From contig JAOZQG010000006.1 in NCBI GenBank assembly GCA_029932365.1, positions 1 to 44,510 of the forward strand: a DNA stretch of 44,510 nucleotides, in the 5' to 3' direction. The stretch is from a bacterium. Lineage in GTDB: Bacteria; 4484-113. Positions 1-8,518 of this stretch are shown piece by piece (the stretch's first letter is position 1; each line of letters starts with the position of its first letter). A program made the position numbers and the translations under genes. Below the pieces are notes generated by a model. It was not told the DNA's origin, searched no databases, and worked only from the letters and a program-made list of their open reading frames with translations.

Positions 1-1
1 C

Positions 2-76
2 TTTTTCGGCTACACTCACGACTCCATCCTGAAGAGCGAAGAGCCCATTCACGCGCATCAGGGCGCGGGGCGGTAA
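2..76 (+). CDS. 3' end of an unidentified gene running in from the left edge
   Basis: Frame 2 is open from the edge (FFGYTHDSILKSEEPIHAHQGAGR*) with GC-rich third positions and stops 19 nt before the next + gene. Confidence 0.4.
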   Translation, partial: FFGYTHDSILKSEEPIHAHQGAGR

Positions 77-95
77 AATAGTAAGGGCTTGCGTC

Positions 96-833
96 GTGAA
101 ATGGCTTGAAGACAGGCGGCTTATGTTTCTGCCGTGGCTGCTGGTGCTGGCATACGCAGCCTACGCCGTCGCGGGCGATTACGGCCAGTTCCAGCAGGAT
201 AAAACGCAGCAGGAGCAGGCTTTGCGCGAAGTGCGTGACGTGCTCGCAAAAACCACCGACGCGTGGGTGGAGCAGACGATAGAGATTACCGAGCAGTACC
301 GCGAAGACGAGGAGCGCCCGGGCATCCGCCGGTCACTGGACAGGCTGAACGAGGAGAATGCTGAAGCCTGGGCGGAGCTGAAGAGTCTCTCCCGCGTGCA
401 GTTTTTCCCCGAAACGCTCGACTATTTGTATTCGCTGGCCACAAGGCTCGAGCGCTTCTCCGAAATCGCCGACGGCATATTCGCCGCCAAGACCGAGCTG
501 ATAGACACCGAAGCACGGCTGGAAGAAGCCCCGCGGCGGATTCAGTACTACGCCGACCGCAAGCGCTACTTCTGGTCGCAACTGGACATCATCAACTACT
601 ACCTGACCCAGGAAGCGCTGGCCCAGTCTGAAGGGGCGCTTTACGAGCTGCAGATACGAAAGGAGAGCGCACAGGCCAAGGTCGAGCGCTGGCAGGAATC
701 GTTTGATCAGGAGCGTCTACTCGCCACCGACGATCTGCAGTCAATCGAAGACGCGCTCCAGCGCGAGGCCAACGCAGAATATCTGGGATACCTGCAGGCG
801 CGGTTGCGCAGCTTCACCTCCCGTAGGTCCTAG
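96..833 (+). CDS. Hypothetical membrane-anchored coiled-coil protein
   Basis: 245 aa; N-terminal hydrophobic segment (LMFLPWLLVLAYAAYAVAG) followed by an E/Q/R/L-rich helical body. Confidence 0.75.
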   Translation: MKWLEDRRLMFLPWLLVLAYAAYAVAGDYGQFQQDKTQQEQALREVRDVLAKTTDAWVEQTIEITEQYREDEERPGIRRSLDRLNEENAEAWAELKSLSRVQFFPETLDYLYSLATRLERFSEIADGIFAAKTELIDTEARLEEAPRRIQYYADRKRYFWSQLDIINYYLTQEALAQSEGALYELQIRKESAQAKVERWQESFDQERLLATDDLQSIEDALQREANAEYLGYLQARLRSFTSRRS

Positions 834-853
834 CTGGCATCCCGCGCGCTCAA

Positions 854-2296
854 TCAAGTTGGTTCGCCCGGAAGCATAATCGGCGGCGGCCCGGCATCGC
901 TGGATCCTTCCAGCGGCTCAACCGGCGGCTCATCCCCCGTGTCCTCTGCGGCCTTCTCCGGCTCCGGTAGCGAGGTGGCGTCCAGCGCAAGCTCGCGCAT
1001 AAGCGAGTAATTGCCCGCGCCCGTTTCGTAATCCTCGATAACTAAGAGCTTCCCGCCCTTGGTGTCCGTGTCCATAAATCTGATTCGCCGCGCGATGTCG
1101 TTTTGCCAAAGGACGCGTACCTTCGAGCCGTCCAGCGCCGCGGCGCAGACCGAATGCACGCGATTGACGCCGACAAGAGCGTAGCTGCTGTAGAAAAATA
1201 CCGGCTCCCCGGGATGGCAGATTACATCCAGGTGCGGCGATACGTCAGGCAGTACAACTTGCAGGCTGTGGTTTGCCAGGTTGAAAAGCTCCAGCGTCAG
1301 CTTCCCCCGCGTATGGGGCACCGACGCTTCCTCGTCGGCACCTTCCTCCGACGGAGTGAAGCGGCTCAGAAGCACCTTGTCGTCGTCCACGAATTCAACC
1401 ACCGGAGCCCACCGCTCTTCTTCCAGCGTTACGTAGTAGGGGCAGGAATATACGAGTCTTAGCTCCGCCGCAGATTGCTCCGGCGTTCCCTGGTAAAGCG
1501 CGAAGTACGATTTCTCATAGTCGCTGGCGTCGTAGTTGCGCACCACGTCCAGCGCGAGCGTCAGGTCGGGCGAGAGCAGCGGCGAGTAGTCAAACTCGTA
1601 TATGTCCTTCGCCGCCGCTTCATCGCAAAGCGTCCAGCGGGTGGTCAGCCCCCGCATGTAATAGCCGCGGAACGGGGTGATGCCGCTGGTATGCGCCAGC
1701 ACCAGTTTCCCGTCTTTGGCTATCCGCTCAACCATCGCGCCCTCAACCGGCACAACCGTATCCTCACCGTCCGCATCCAGCCGGTGGAGCACAACTTCCA
1801 CGTCTCGCGTGGCTTCGCGCCCCATTATCACCTCGTCTTCGGCTTCCTCGCCTTCTATCGGCTGCACTTCTTCCAGCGCGTGATAGTAAGTATCGCCCCC
1901 CGGCGCTTTTAGGAAATTGAGCACCTTCTTCCCGCCCTTTAGCTGAAAGACCTGCGACGCATCCTGCGCGTCAACCAGGTAAAGCGTTCCCGCCCGGTCT
2001 TCCAGCCGAACCGCGTCGTAAGTCGTCACCAGCGCCAGCACCCGGTCGGTTCCGGCGAAGTAGGCCGCCTGCTTCAGCATCCGCCCCCTGGGGCTGTAGA
2101 AAAGCTCGCTGCTTCTCACGTAAAGCGATTCGTCGAGAAACGCTACCGGCGAGTACTCCTGCACTGCTGGCTCCGTTGCCGCCGGCGGCCGGGGAGCGCT
2201 TTCGGGCACCAGCGGCGCTTTTTCTTCCGCCGGCTGCGGAACGCACGATGCCAGAAACGCCGCAGCCACCAGCAGGCTCGCAATCCGCGCGCTCAA
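854..2296 (-). CDS. Hypothetical lipoprotein, possibly a beta-propeller
   Basis: Signal peptide with lipobox (FLASC), Pro-rich linker, TolB-like fragments (SPLLSPD, ALDGSKVRVL); start overlaps the cobB stop by 4 nt. Confidence 0.75.
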   Translation of the reverse strand: MSARIASLLVAAAFLASCVPQPAEEKAPLVPESAPRPPAATEPAVQEYSPVAFLDESLYVRSSELFYSPRGRMLKQAAYFAGTDRVLALVTTYDAVRLEDRAGTLYLVDAQDASQVFQLKGGKKVLNFLKAPGGDTYYHALEEVQPIEGEEAEDEVIMGREATRDVEVVLHRLDADGEDTVVPVEGAMVERIAKDGKLVLAHTSGITPFRGYYMRGLTTRWTLCDEAAAKDIYEFDYSPLLSPDLTLALDVVRNYDASDYEKSYFALYQGTPEQSAAELRLVYSCPYYVTLEEERWAPVVEFVDDDKVLLSRFTPSEEGADEEASVPHTRGKLTLELFNLANHSLQVVLPDVSPHLDVICHPGEPVFFYSSYALVGVNRVHSVCAAALDGSKVRVLWQNDIARRIRFMDTDTKGGKLLVIEDYETGAGNYSLMRELALDATSLPEPEKAAEDTGDEPPVEPLEGSSDAGPPPIMLPGEPT

Positions 2297-3063
2297 CCGA
2301 CCAGCTCCCTGACCTTTTCCAGAAGCTGAGGCAGAATCTCGCCGCTTTTGCCGTGCAGCGCGAAGTCCGCCGTGTAGCTCAGCTCCGTCGGCTCCAGGTT
2401 AATCTCCACGACTTTCCCGCCGGCGCGGCTCGTGATGTAGGGCAGCCCCGCTGCGGGATACACCTGCGCCGAAGTGCCCACCACCAGCATCAGGTCCGCC
2501 GCGCCGCTTACGTTGAAGCTTTCCTCGATGACAGTCGGGTCAAGCTGCTCCCCGAACCACACAACGTGCGGGCGCAAAATGCTGTCGCACCAGGGGCAGG
2601 GCGGCGGATATTCGGGAAGCGGCGTGTCGGGAATATGTTTCAGCTCGGCGCAGCATCCCTTCAGGCACCGGGCGTACCATAAATTGCCGTGCAGCTCCAG
2701 TATGGTCTTGCTGCCCGCGAGCTCGTGCAGGCCGTCGATGTTTTGCGTAATCAGCGAATACGACGCGCCGCGCCCGGTGACCATCCGCTCCCACTGCGCC
2801 AGTGCATGATGCCCCGGATTGGGCTCGACTTCGGCGAGCTGCCCCCGCCGCCAGTCGTACCACTCCCAGACCTTTTTCGGGTCGGCGAGGAATCCCTGCA
2901 ACGTCGCCAGCTTCATCACGTCCTCGTCCTTCCAGAACCCGTGCTTGCCGCGAAACGTGGGGACTCCGCTTTCCGCCGACACTCCGGCGCCGGTCAGCAC
3001 CGCGGCGCGCTCGGCCTTAGCCATAAGCTCCGCCACCCGCATGATGGTCTCCGGTGCGATCAC
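2293..3063 (-). CDS. cobB: NAD-dependent protein deacylase (sirtuin, class III)
   Basis: GAGVSAESGVPTFRG, TQNIDGLH, ELHG, Zn-binding cysteines, RPHVVWFGE, GTSAQVYPA; YxxR (WYDWRR) is typical of desuccinylases. Confidence 0.95.
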   Translation of the reverse strand: MIAPETIMRVAELMAKAERAAVLTGAGVSAESGVPTFRGKHGFWKDEDVMKLATLQGFLADPKKVWEWYDWRRGQLAEVEPNPGHHALAQWERMVTGRGASYSLITQNIDGLHELAGSKTILELHGNLWYARCLKGCCAELKHIPDTPLPEYPPPCPWCDSILRPHVVWFGEQLDPTVIEESFNVSGAADLMLVVGTSAQVYPAAGLPYITSRAGGKVVEINLEPTELSYTADFALHGKSGEILPQLLEKVRELVG

Positions 3064-3713
3064 TGCATCTCCCCCAGAAGCTCTCTTCCGTGCACCCGCA
3101 CTCTACCGTCCGGCTGCAACACGACGCGCCCGTCGGCGAACCAGTTGATGACCTCGGGGTAAAGCTCGCGCTCGGCTGCGCGCACCCGCTCGCCCAGCGT
3201 CTCCACCGTGTCGCCGTCCAGCACCGGCACGGCGCGCTGGGCGATTATCGGACCCCGGTCGTATTCCTCGTCCACGAAATGCACCGTGCAGCCGGTGACC
3301 TTGCAGCCCGCCTTCAGCACCGCCTCGTGCACGTGGTCTCCGTACATCCCCTTGCCACCGAAGCAGGGCAGCAGCGCCGGATGGATATTGATTATCTTTC
3401 CGTGGTAGTGCGGCGGGAAGACGTATAGGCTCATAAACCCGCCGAAGGCGATAAGCTCCGGCGCGAACGGCTCCACGCCCCGCGTCACCACTTCGGAAAA
3501 TTCTTCCGGCGTGTCGTATTTTTTGCGAGGCACGACGATTGTCGGGATGCCCGCGTCCTCGGCGATCTGCACGCCCCTGACCTTGCTGCGCGAGGAGACG
3601 ACGCAGGCGATTTTAGCGCGGCAGCTTTCGTCGGCGACGCGGTCGATTAAGTTTTTGAGCGTGCTCCCCCCGCCGGAAATAAATACCGCCAGCTTAACTA
3701 CCCTTTCCCCCAC
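3060..3713 (-). CDS. purN: Phosphoribosylglycinamide formyltransferase
   Basis: ISGGGST, NIHPALLPCFGG, GCTVHFV, DRGPIIAQ motifs. Confidence 0.95.
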   Translation of the reverse strand: MGERVVKLAVFISGGGSTLKNLIDRVADESCRAKIACVVSSRSKVRGVQIAEDAGIPTIVVPRKKYDTPEEFSEVVTRGVEPFAPELIAFGGFMSLYVFPPHYHGKIINIHPALLPCFGGKGMYGDHVHEAVLKAGCKVTGCTVHFVDEEYDRGPIIAQRAVPVLDGDTVETLGERVRAAERELYPEVINWFADGRVVLQPDGRVRVHGRELLGEMQ

Positions 3714-3719
3714 GCACCG

Positions 3720-3728
3720 ATTATATCA
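3720..3728 (-). promoter_or_regulatory. Extended -10 promoter for purN-cobB (leaderless geometry)
   Basis: TGATATAAT, then 6 nt, then the GTG start; no Shine-Dalgarno (SD). Confidence 0.65.
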
Positions 3729-3812
3729 TTGGATTCGCACGCTGCGGTGCGCAGCAGGAACAAAGACAACCGAAACGAATCCTTGCTCCGCAGAAGGTCG
3801 CGCGCCAGTGGT

Positions 3813-3818
3813 TATAAT
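3813..3818 (+). promoter_or_regulatory. -10 box for the ruvX operon (leaderless geometry)
   Basis: TATAAT, then 6 nt, then GTG at 3825. Confidence 0.6.
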
Positions 3819-3824
3819 AGGCGC

Positions 3825-4244
3825 GTGAGTGTACTGGGGCTGGATCTGGGTGAAAAGCGCGTCGGTGTGGCCATCGCCGAGCCGCCGGGGTACGTCGCGG
3901 TGCCGCTGACGACGCTGGAAGCGACCCCCTGGGGGAACTTCGTTAACGAGCTTTCGGCAATCGTCGCCGAACGCGGCGTGAAAACCATCGTGGTGGGCCT
4001 GCCGCTGCACGACGACGGGCGCGAAGGTGAGGCCGCGAGAATGGTGCGCCGCATGGCCGAAAAGATTGTGCTGCGGCTGAAGCTGAGGGTGGTCTTCCAG
4101 GACGAGCGGCATACCACCGGCGAAGCGGAGCGCACCCTCATCGCCACGGGCAAAAGGTCGCGCGAGCGCAAAACAAAGCGGGACGTGCTAGCCGCCGTAT
4201 TCATTCTGGAAACGTATCTGCGGCGCGTGGGGGAGGGCGCGTGA
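3825..4244 (+). CDS. ruvX: RuvX/YqgF pre-16S rRNA nuclease (Holliday junction resolvase-like)
   Basis: LGLDLGEKRVGVA, VVGLPL, QDERHTT, DVLAAVFIL; start revised from 3729 to GTG 3825. Confidence 0.93.
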   Translation: MSVLGLDLGEKRVGVAIAEPPGYVAVPLTTLEATPWGNFVNELSAIVAERGVKTIVVGLPLHDDGREGEAARMVRRMAEKIVLRLKLRVVFQDERHTTGEAERTLIATGKRSRERKTKRDVLAAVFILETYLRRVGEGA

Positions 4245-4762
4245 GCGGCGGCGCGCTGCAGTTTCGGCCTGACGTTAAATTCGTGCGCGCCAGCGAAATT
4301 ACGCCCGAGCTTCTGGCCGGCGAGGGCATACGCGGGCTGATACTCGATCTGGACAACACGCTTACGCGCTGGGAAGAGAGTAAAGCCGCGCCGTTCGCCC
4401 CGCAGTGGGTAAAGTCGCTTAGGGACGCGGGGATACGCATGGTCATCCTCAGCAACGGGCTGCGCGATAAGCAGGATACGGTTTCGCGTGCGCTCGAACT
4501 GCCGCTGGTGCGCGCGCTGCTGCCCAAGCCGTTCGCCGCGGGATTCGTCAAGGCGCTGGAGGTGCTGGAGCTTCCGCGCGAGGAAGTGGCGATGGTGGGC
4601 GATATCGTGATGACCGATATCTGGGGAGCGAACCGGCTGGGCATCCGCACGATGCTCGTGGACCCGCTTTCGCCGCGCGATTTTCCCGGCACGAAGCTCT
4701 GGCGCGCGCTGGAAGTGATATTCAGGCTGCGCCGACCCAGCGGGAGGAAACGGTCGCGGTGA
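4241..4762 (+). CDS. yqeG: YqeG family HAD IIIA phosphatase
   Basis: DLDNTL motif I, LSN, KP, MVGDIVMTDIWGANRLG. Confidence 0.88.
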   Translation: MSGGALQFRPDVKFVRASEITPELLAGEGIRGLILDLDNTLTRWEESKAAPFAPQWVKSLRDAGIRMVILSNGLRDKQDTVSRALELPLVRALLPKPFAAGFVKALEVLELPREEVAMVGDIVMTDIWGANRLGIRTMLVDPLSPRDFPGTKLWRALEVIFRLRRPSGRKRSR

Positions 4763-6123
4763 ACCAAGCGCCCCGCCCGTATCTGACGCGCTTTTCCCAG
4801 TTCGCGTGGCTGGCGTCGTTTTGGTTTGTGGTTCATTTCATCTGGGCGACACTTCTGCCAGTGGTCATCCCGGCGGTCGTCCGGGGCTTCGCCGAAAGGG
4901 GCATCATTCCTCTGGAGGAGCTGGGCACGCGCCTGGGACTGGTGCTGGCGCTGGGCGCGGTGGTCTCCGCGGTTTTGCAGCTTACTATAGGCTTCATCAG
5001 CGACTCCAGCGAAAGCCGGTATGGCCGGCGCAAGCCCTACATCATCATCGGCGCGCTGGCGACGACGGTGGCGATTATCTATCTCATCGAGGCGCCGGGC
5101 TACTGGCACCTGGTGCTGGCGTATATGCTGGTGCAGGTGTTTTTGAATACCGCGAGCGTGCCCTACCAGAGCATGATGCCCGACCTGATACCGGAGCGCT
5201 ACCACGGCCGGGGCGCGGCGATGATGGGCATATTCGACCTGACGGGGAAGCTGAGCGGGCTGGTCGTGGCGGCGCTGGCCATCAGCGGGGTAGGCCTGGG
5301 CGCGGTTCAGGTCGCCGGCGAAAGCCCTTCGTTTGCGCTGCTGGGCGTCGTGTACTGCGTGCTGCTGCTGGGGCTGACGTTCGTCGTGTTCATAAAATCG
5401 CCCAGCTACCCGGTCATCCACGCCGCGGGATTTTTGCGCCTGCGTTTCGGCGCAGAGACGGTGCGCAACATCAGAGGGCTTCTGCGGGAGTACGCGCGCT
5501 TCGAGTTTGGGCGCAATCCCGAATTCGTGAAGCTGGCCTTCTCGCGCATGGCCATACTGCTGGGCTACTACACTTTCATCCCGCTGGTGTATTACTTCTG
5601 CGAGGCGAACCTGGGGCTTACGGCGGAGGACCGCTGGATGGCGGCGGTGCTGCTGGCGTCCATCATTCTGGGCGCGGTGGCGGGCAACCTCGCAGGCGGA
5701 TACGTAAGCGACCGCATCGGCAAGCGGCGGATGATATTTGCCGGGATGGCGGTGACGATTTTGTTTATGTTCCCCGTTATCTTCGCCACGGACATCATGC
5801 ACGCGATTTACTACGGAGCCGGGCTGGGTCTGGGCTGGGGCGCCTTTATCGCCGCGGACTGGGCGTTCGCCTTTACGCTCATCCCAAAGGAACGCAGCGC
5901 GCGCTATATGGGCGTGTGGGATATGACCGCGCTGGCACCGCAGATGGTCGCGCCGCTGGTCGCCGGGGTGGCGCGGGACCACCTGATAGCTGCGGGAATA
6001 GCGGTTGAACCGACGGCGTACCAGATAATCTTCACCTTCTCTATCTTATACTTCGTCGTCGGACTGGTCATACTGGGATTTGTGCGCGAGCGCAGGCCGG
6101 TGATGGGCAGGGATTCGCTATGA
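4759..6123 (+). CDS. MFS transporter
   Basis: About 12 hydrophobic segments; motif A-like GFISDSSESRYGRRKP and GYVSDRIGKRR. Confidence 0.92.
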   Translation: MNQAPRPYLTRFSQFAWLASFWFVVHFIWATLLPVVIPAVVRGFAERGIIPLEELGTRLGLVLALGAVVSAVLQLTIGFISDSSESRYGRRKPYIIIGALATTVAIIYLIEAPGYWHLVLAYMLVQVFLNTASVPYQSMMPDLIPERYHGRGAAMMGIFDLTGKLSGLVVAALAISGVGLGAVQVAGESPSFALLGVVYCVLLLGLTFVVFIKSPSYPVIHAAGFLRLRFGAETVRNIRGLLREYARFEFGRNPEFVKLAFSRMAILLGYYTFIPLVYYFCEANLGLTAEDRWMAAVLLASIILGAVAGNLAGGYVSDRIGKRRMIFAGMAVTILFMFPVIFATDIMHAIYYGAGLGLGWGAFIAADWAFAFTLIPKERSARYMGVWDMTALAPQMVAPLVAGVARDHLIAAGIAVEPTAYQIIFTFSILYFVVGLVILGFVRERRPVMGRDSL

Positions 6124-6596
6124 AAGCATCAAGACTGATTCCGCTGGTGGTTCTGGTGTTCGTGGCGGGACTCCTGCTCGTGCTCTATCTGCCCCGAACC
6201 GTGCGTTACTTCTCGTTCAGGGGAGCGCTGAACGATATGGTGCGGCTGGTGAAGGAGGGTGACCCGGTCGCCGCGGCGAAGTACGTAGAGGACGTGGATT
6301 ACGAGGATTTAATTGAGTTGATCGAAACTCGCGTGCCGCCGGACTACCACCAGGACATGGTGGCGCTCAACGTAACTTCGGCCACATGGGACGGCGAGTG
6401 CTACAACGTGCGCCTGGTGGCACGTTTTCAGGGACAGCGCTACAACGGTATCGGTCAGGCGAAGATGAAATGGCATCGCACAGATCAGGGCTGGCGCTTC
6501 AACCTGCGAGACACAATGGTGGCCGAGGGCTATCCCCAGGGCTCGTTCGTCAGCCTGGAGCACTACCTCGGCAGCTCGGAACTCTTCCGGCACTAA
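6120..6596 (+). CDS. Hypothetical membrane-anchored protein, possibly NTF2-like fold
   Basis: N-terminal TM helix; ATGA overlap with the MFS gene. Confidence 0.7.
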   Translation: MKASRLIPLVVLVFVAGLLLVLYLPRTVRYFSFRGALNDMVRLVKEGDPVAAAKYVEDVDYEDLIELIETRVPPDYHQDMVALNVTSATWDGECYNVRLVARFQGQRYNGIGQAKMKWHRTDQGWRFNLRDTMVAEGYPQGSFVSLEHYLGSSELFRH

Positions 6597-6621
6597 TACT
6601 GAGCAGTTAGGCGCCCCGTGC

Positions 6622-7668
6622 CTAGCGCACCTTTACCCGGATCATCCAGTTGGTCTTTTCCTGCAGGACCGAGAGCGGCCAATCCCAGAACGCGCCGACG
6701 GTGCCGTAGTAGTTGGGGTAGCCGCCGCCGCTGGTGTCGAAGCCGAGGTAAAGCGACGCTTCGGGCCGCGATACCGGCTCGAGGAGTATGTAGAAGTCGC
6801 CCGGCAGGTCCGTGTCGGGGAAATCCACATTTGACCAGTGGGGAATTTCCGTGAGGATACTGTATTCGCACTGCGCCGAGGTAATCACGCGCAGATCGTG
6901 GTCCAGCAAAAACACGCGGAACGTGGGCTTTCCGGTAAACCAGTCTCCCTCGACCCTTCCGTAGACGAAAACATCCTCCAGCGTTTTGTATCCCTGGTTC
7001 TTGAAGCCGACCATCGCTCCGCCGCGCTGGAACGTGAAGAATCCGTCTGCGGTGCCGTCGTCGTAGTGCAGATAGTTGATGCCCGAGATTTCGGTGGCGT
7101 CGATGAAGACCAGGGGCTCAAGCTTGTTACGCACGGTTATGCGTATCATCCAGTCGAACTTGCCCTCCACCGGCGTGAAGCCCGAACTGGGATTGCCCTG
7201 GTAACTGCGGAAAAACCGGGATTTCTCCGTGTACCCTATCTCCACGCCGAATTCTTCGCGGGCATAGGGATAGACCACAACAGATATCGGCTCGTCAATC
7301 TTCACGCTGGGAAGCTCGACGTAGACCCAGCCTTCTTCGCTGGCGTACTGCGAATACGGGATGAGCTTCTGGGCCAGCACTTTGCCCTCGGCGTCAGTGA
7401 TTGCGACGTTGGTGTAGGATTTCGCCGGGTCAGAGCCACCGCCGTAACGCCGGCCGAATATAGAAACACCCATAAGGTATGTTGCGTCCCAGTCCTTGAC
7501 CCCCGCGAAGTCCACCTTCGCGGCTTCTACGTAAAGCCGCTCAAAGTCGGTCACCTCACCTGAGTCATAGCTGAGGACGCGCTCCTGGTATTCATCCGCC
7601 CGCACAGGTGATGCGAGCGCCAGCAGGGACGCTATCAGGCACGCGAGCGCTAAAGAAGTATTCTTCAT
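6622..7668 (-). CDS. Secreted hypothetical protein with two tandem beta-rich domains
   Basis: SD GGAGG before ATG 7668; signal peptide MKNTSLALACLIASLLALASPVRA; internal repeat YDSG...FDWMIR / YDDG...TNWMIR. Confidence 0.8.
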   Translation of the reverse strand: MKNTSLALACLIASLLALASPVRADEYQERVLSYDSGEVTDFERLYVEAAKVDFAGVKDWDATYLMGVSIFGRRYGGGSDPAKSYTNVAITDAEGKVLAQKLIPYSQYASEEGWVYVELPSVKIDEPISVVVYPYAREEFGVEIGYTEKSRFFRSYQGNPSSGFTPVEGKFDWMIRITVRNKLEPLVFIDATEISGINYLHYDDGTADGFFTFQRGGAMVGFKNQGYKTLEDVFVYGRVEGDWFTGKPTFRVFLLDHDLRVITSAQCEYSILTEIPHWSNVDFPDTDLPGDFYILLEPVSRPEASLYLGFDTSGGGYPNYYGTVGAFWDWPLSVLQEKTNWMIRVKVR

Positions 7669-7691
7669 TGCCTCCTCCCTAACGTCTAAGA

Positions 7692-7720
7692 TTATAGCTG
7701 AGGCCAGGCTCTGGGGCAAG
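7692..7720 (-). promoter_or_regulatory. Sigma70-type promoter for 6622..7668
   Basis: TTGCCC-17 nt-TATAAT on the minus strand, upstream of a strong SD. Confidence 0.6.
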
Positions 7721-7723
7721 GAA

Positions 7724-8518
7724 TTAATCAACGAGCAAAGACTTAATTAGCTCGTAGTCGCTTAGCTTGTCCAGGTCCACCGCAATTTCCGGGTGGGGGA
7801 AAGGGACGATGCGCAGATGCGCGTTGAAGCGCTGCGAGAAGTCGCGCTCAATGTCGGGGACTGAAACAGTGCCCGTGAGGACACGCATGATAGTGCCGGA
7901 GCTGAAAAGAGACGCCAGGGCCAGGGGATTCTTGCGGCTGCGGTACACCTTTTCCAGCAGTTTGCGGTTATCGCGCAACAGACGCGGTTTCAGCAAAAAC
8001 GCGTTGCCGCCGGTGAAAGTTCCCTGTTTGGTGCGCACGTAGGTCCGCTTGGTGGCGGGAAACCGCCGCTGGACTATATCCTTTTCCACAATCGGCCAGT
8101 AGCCGTCGGCTCCAAGTTCTCGTGCCCGCGCCACCATATCCGCCAGATGCTGCGCTGTAACTAAAGGCACATCTACGTTGAGCAGCAGCATTCTTTCGTC
8201 GAAGAACTCTTCGCCCAATTCTCCCGCGAACACTTCAAGCCCGTCCACAATCGCGTCCAGCAGGCCGCCGGCACAGAGGTAGTGCGAGGCTTTGGGGGCG
8301 TAGCGGGAAACGATTTCGGCGCCGCTCTCTTCCCTTCCGAGATTCACCACTGTGCGCGCGTCAACGAATGCGCCGAATACCGCGGATAATACGCGCTCAA
8401 GCAGAGGCCTGCCGTTGAACTCGATAAGGCAGCGCTTGTGCGTCCCCGCCGCCGCGGCCAGGTCCGGAGGGACACCCCCACCCGCGAGCAGCAGGACGTT
8501 TAGCTTCTCAGAATTCAC
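7724..8518 (-). CDS. MobA-like NTP transferase / nucleotidyltransferase family protein
   Basis: LLAGG...K..I..NGRPLL, DVPL, TFTGGN, RKNPL, VDLDKLSD; start revised to GTG 8518. Confidence 0.82.
   Translation of the reverse strand: MNSEKLNVLLLAGGGVPPDLAAAAGTHKRCLIEFNGRPLLERVLSAVFGAFVDARTVVNLGREESGAEIVSRYAPKASHYLCAGGLLDAIVDGLEVFAGELGEEFFDERMLLLNVDVPLVTAQHLADMVARARELGADGYWPIVEKDIVQRRFPATKRTYVRTKQGTFTGGNAFLLKPRLLRDNRKLLEKVYRSRKNPLALASLFSSGTIMRVLTGTVSVPDIERDFSQRFNAHLRIVPFPHPEIAVDLDKLSDYELIKSLLVD

Noticed and set aside
2293-3063. SIR2 protein as an anti-phage NADase (Thoeris/DSR type)
   Set aside because: It is a canonical Zn-binding CobB deacylase in a housekeeping operon.
3825-4244. RNase H-fold nuclease as a transposase or defence gene
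   Set aside because: Motifs and size match housekeeping YqgF/RuvX; no terminal repeats.
4201-5982. 593-aa minus-strand ORF
   Set aside because: Antisense shadow of the yqeG and MFS genes; R/H/Q-rich with no motifs.
4806-6008. 400-aa alternative-frame ORF inside the MFS gene
   Set aside because: G/R/A-rich frameshifted shadow expected at high GC.
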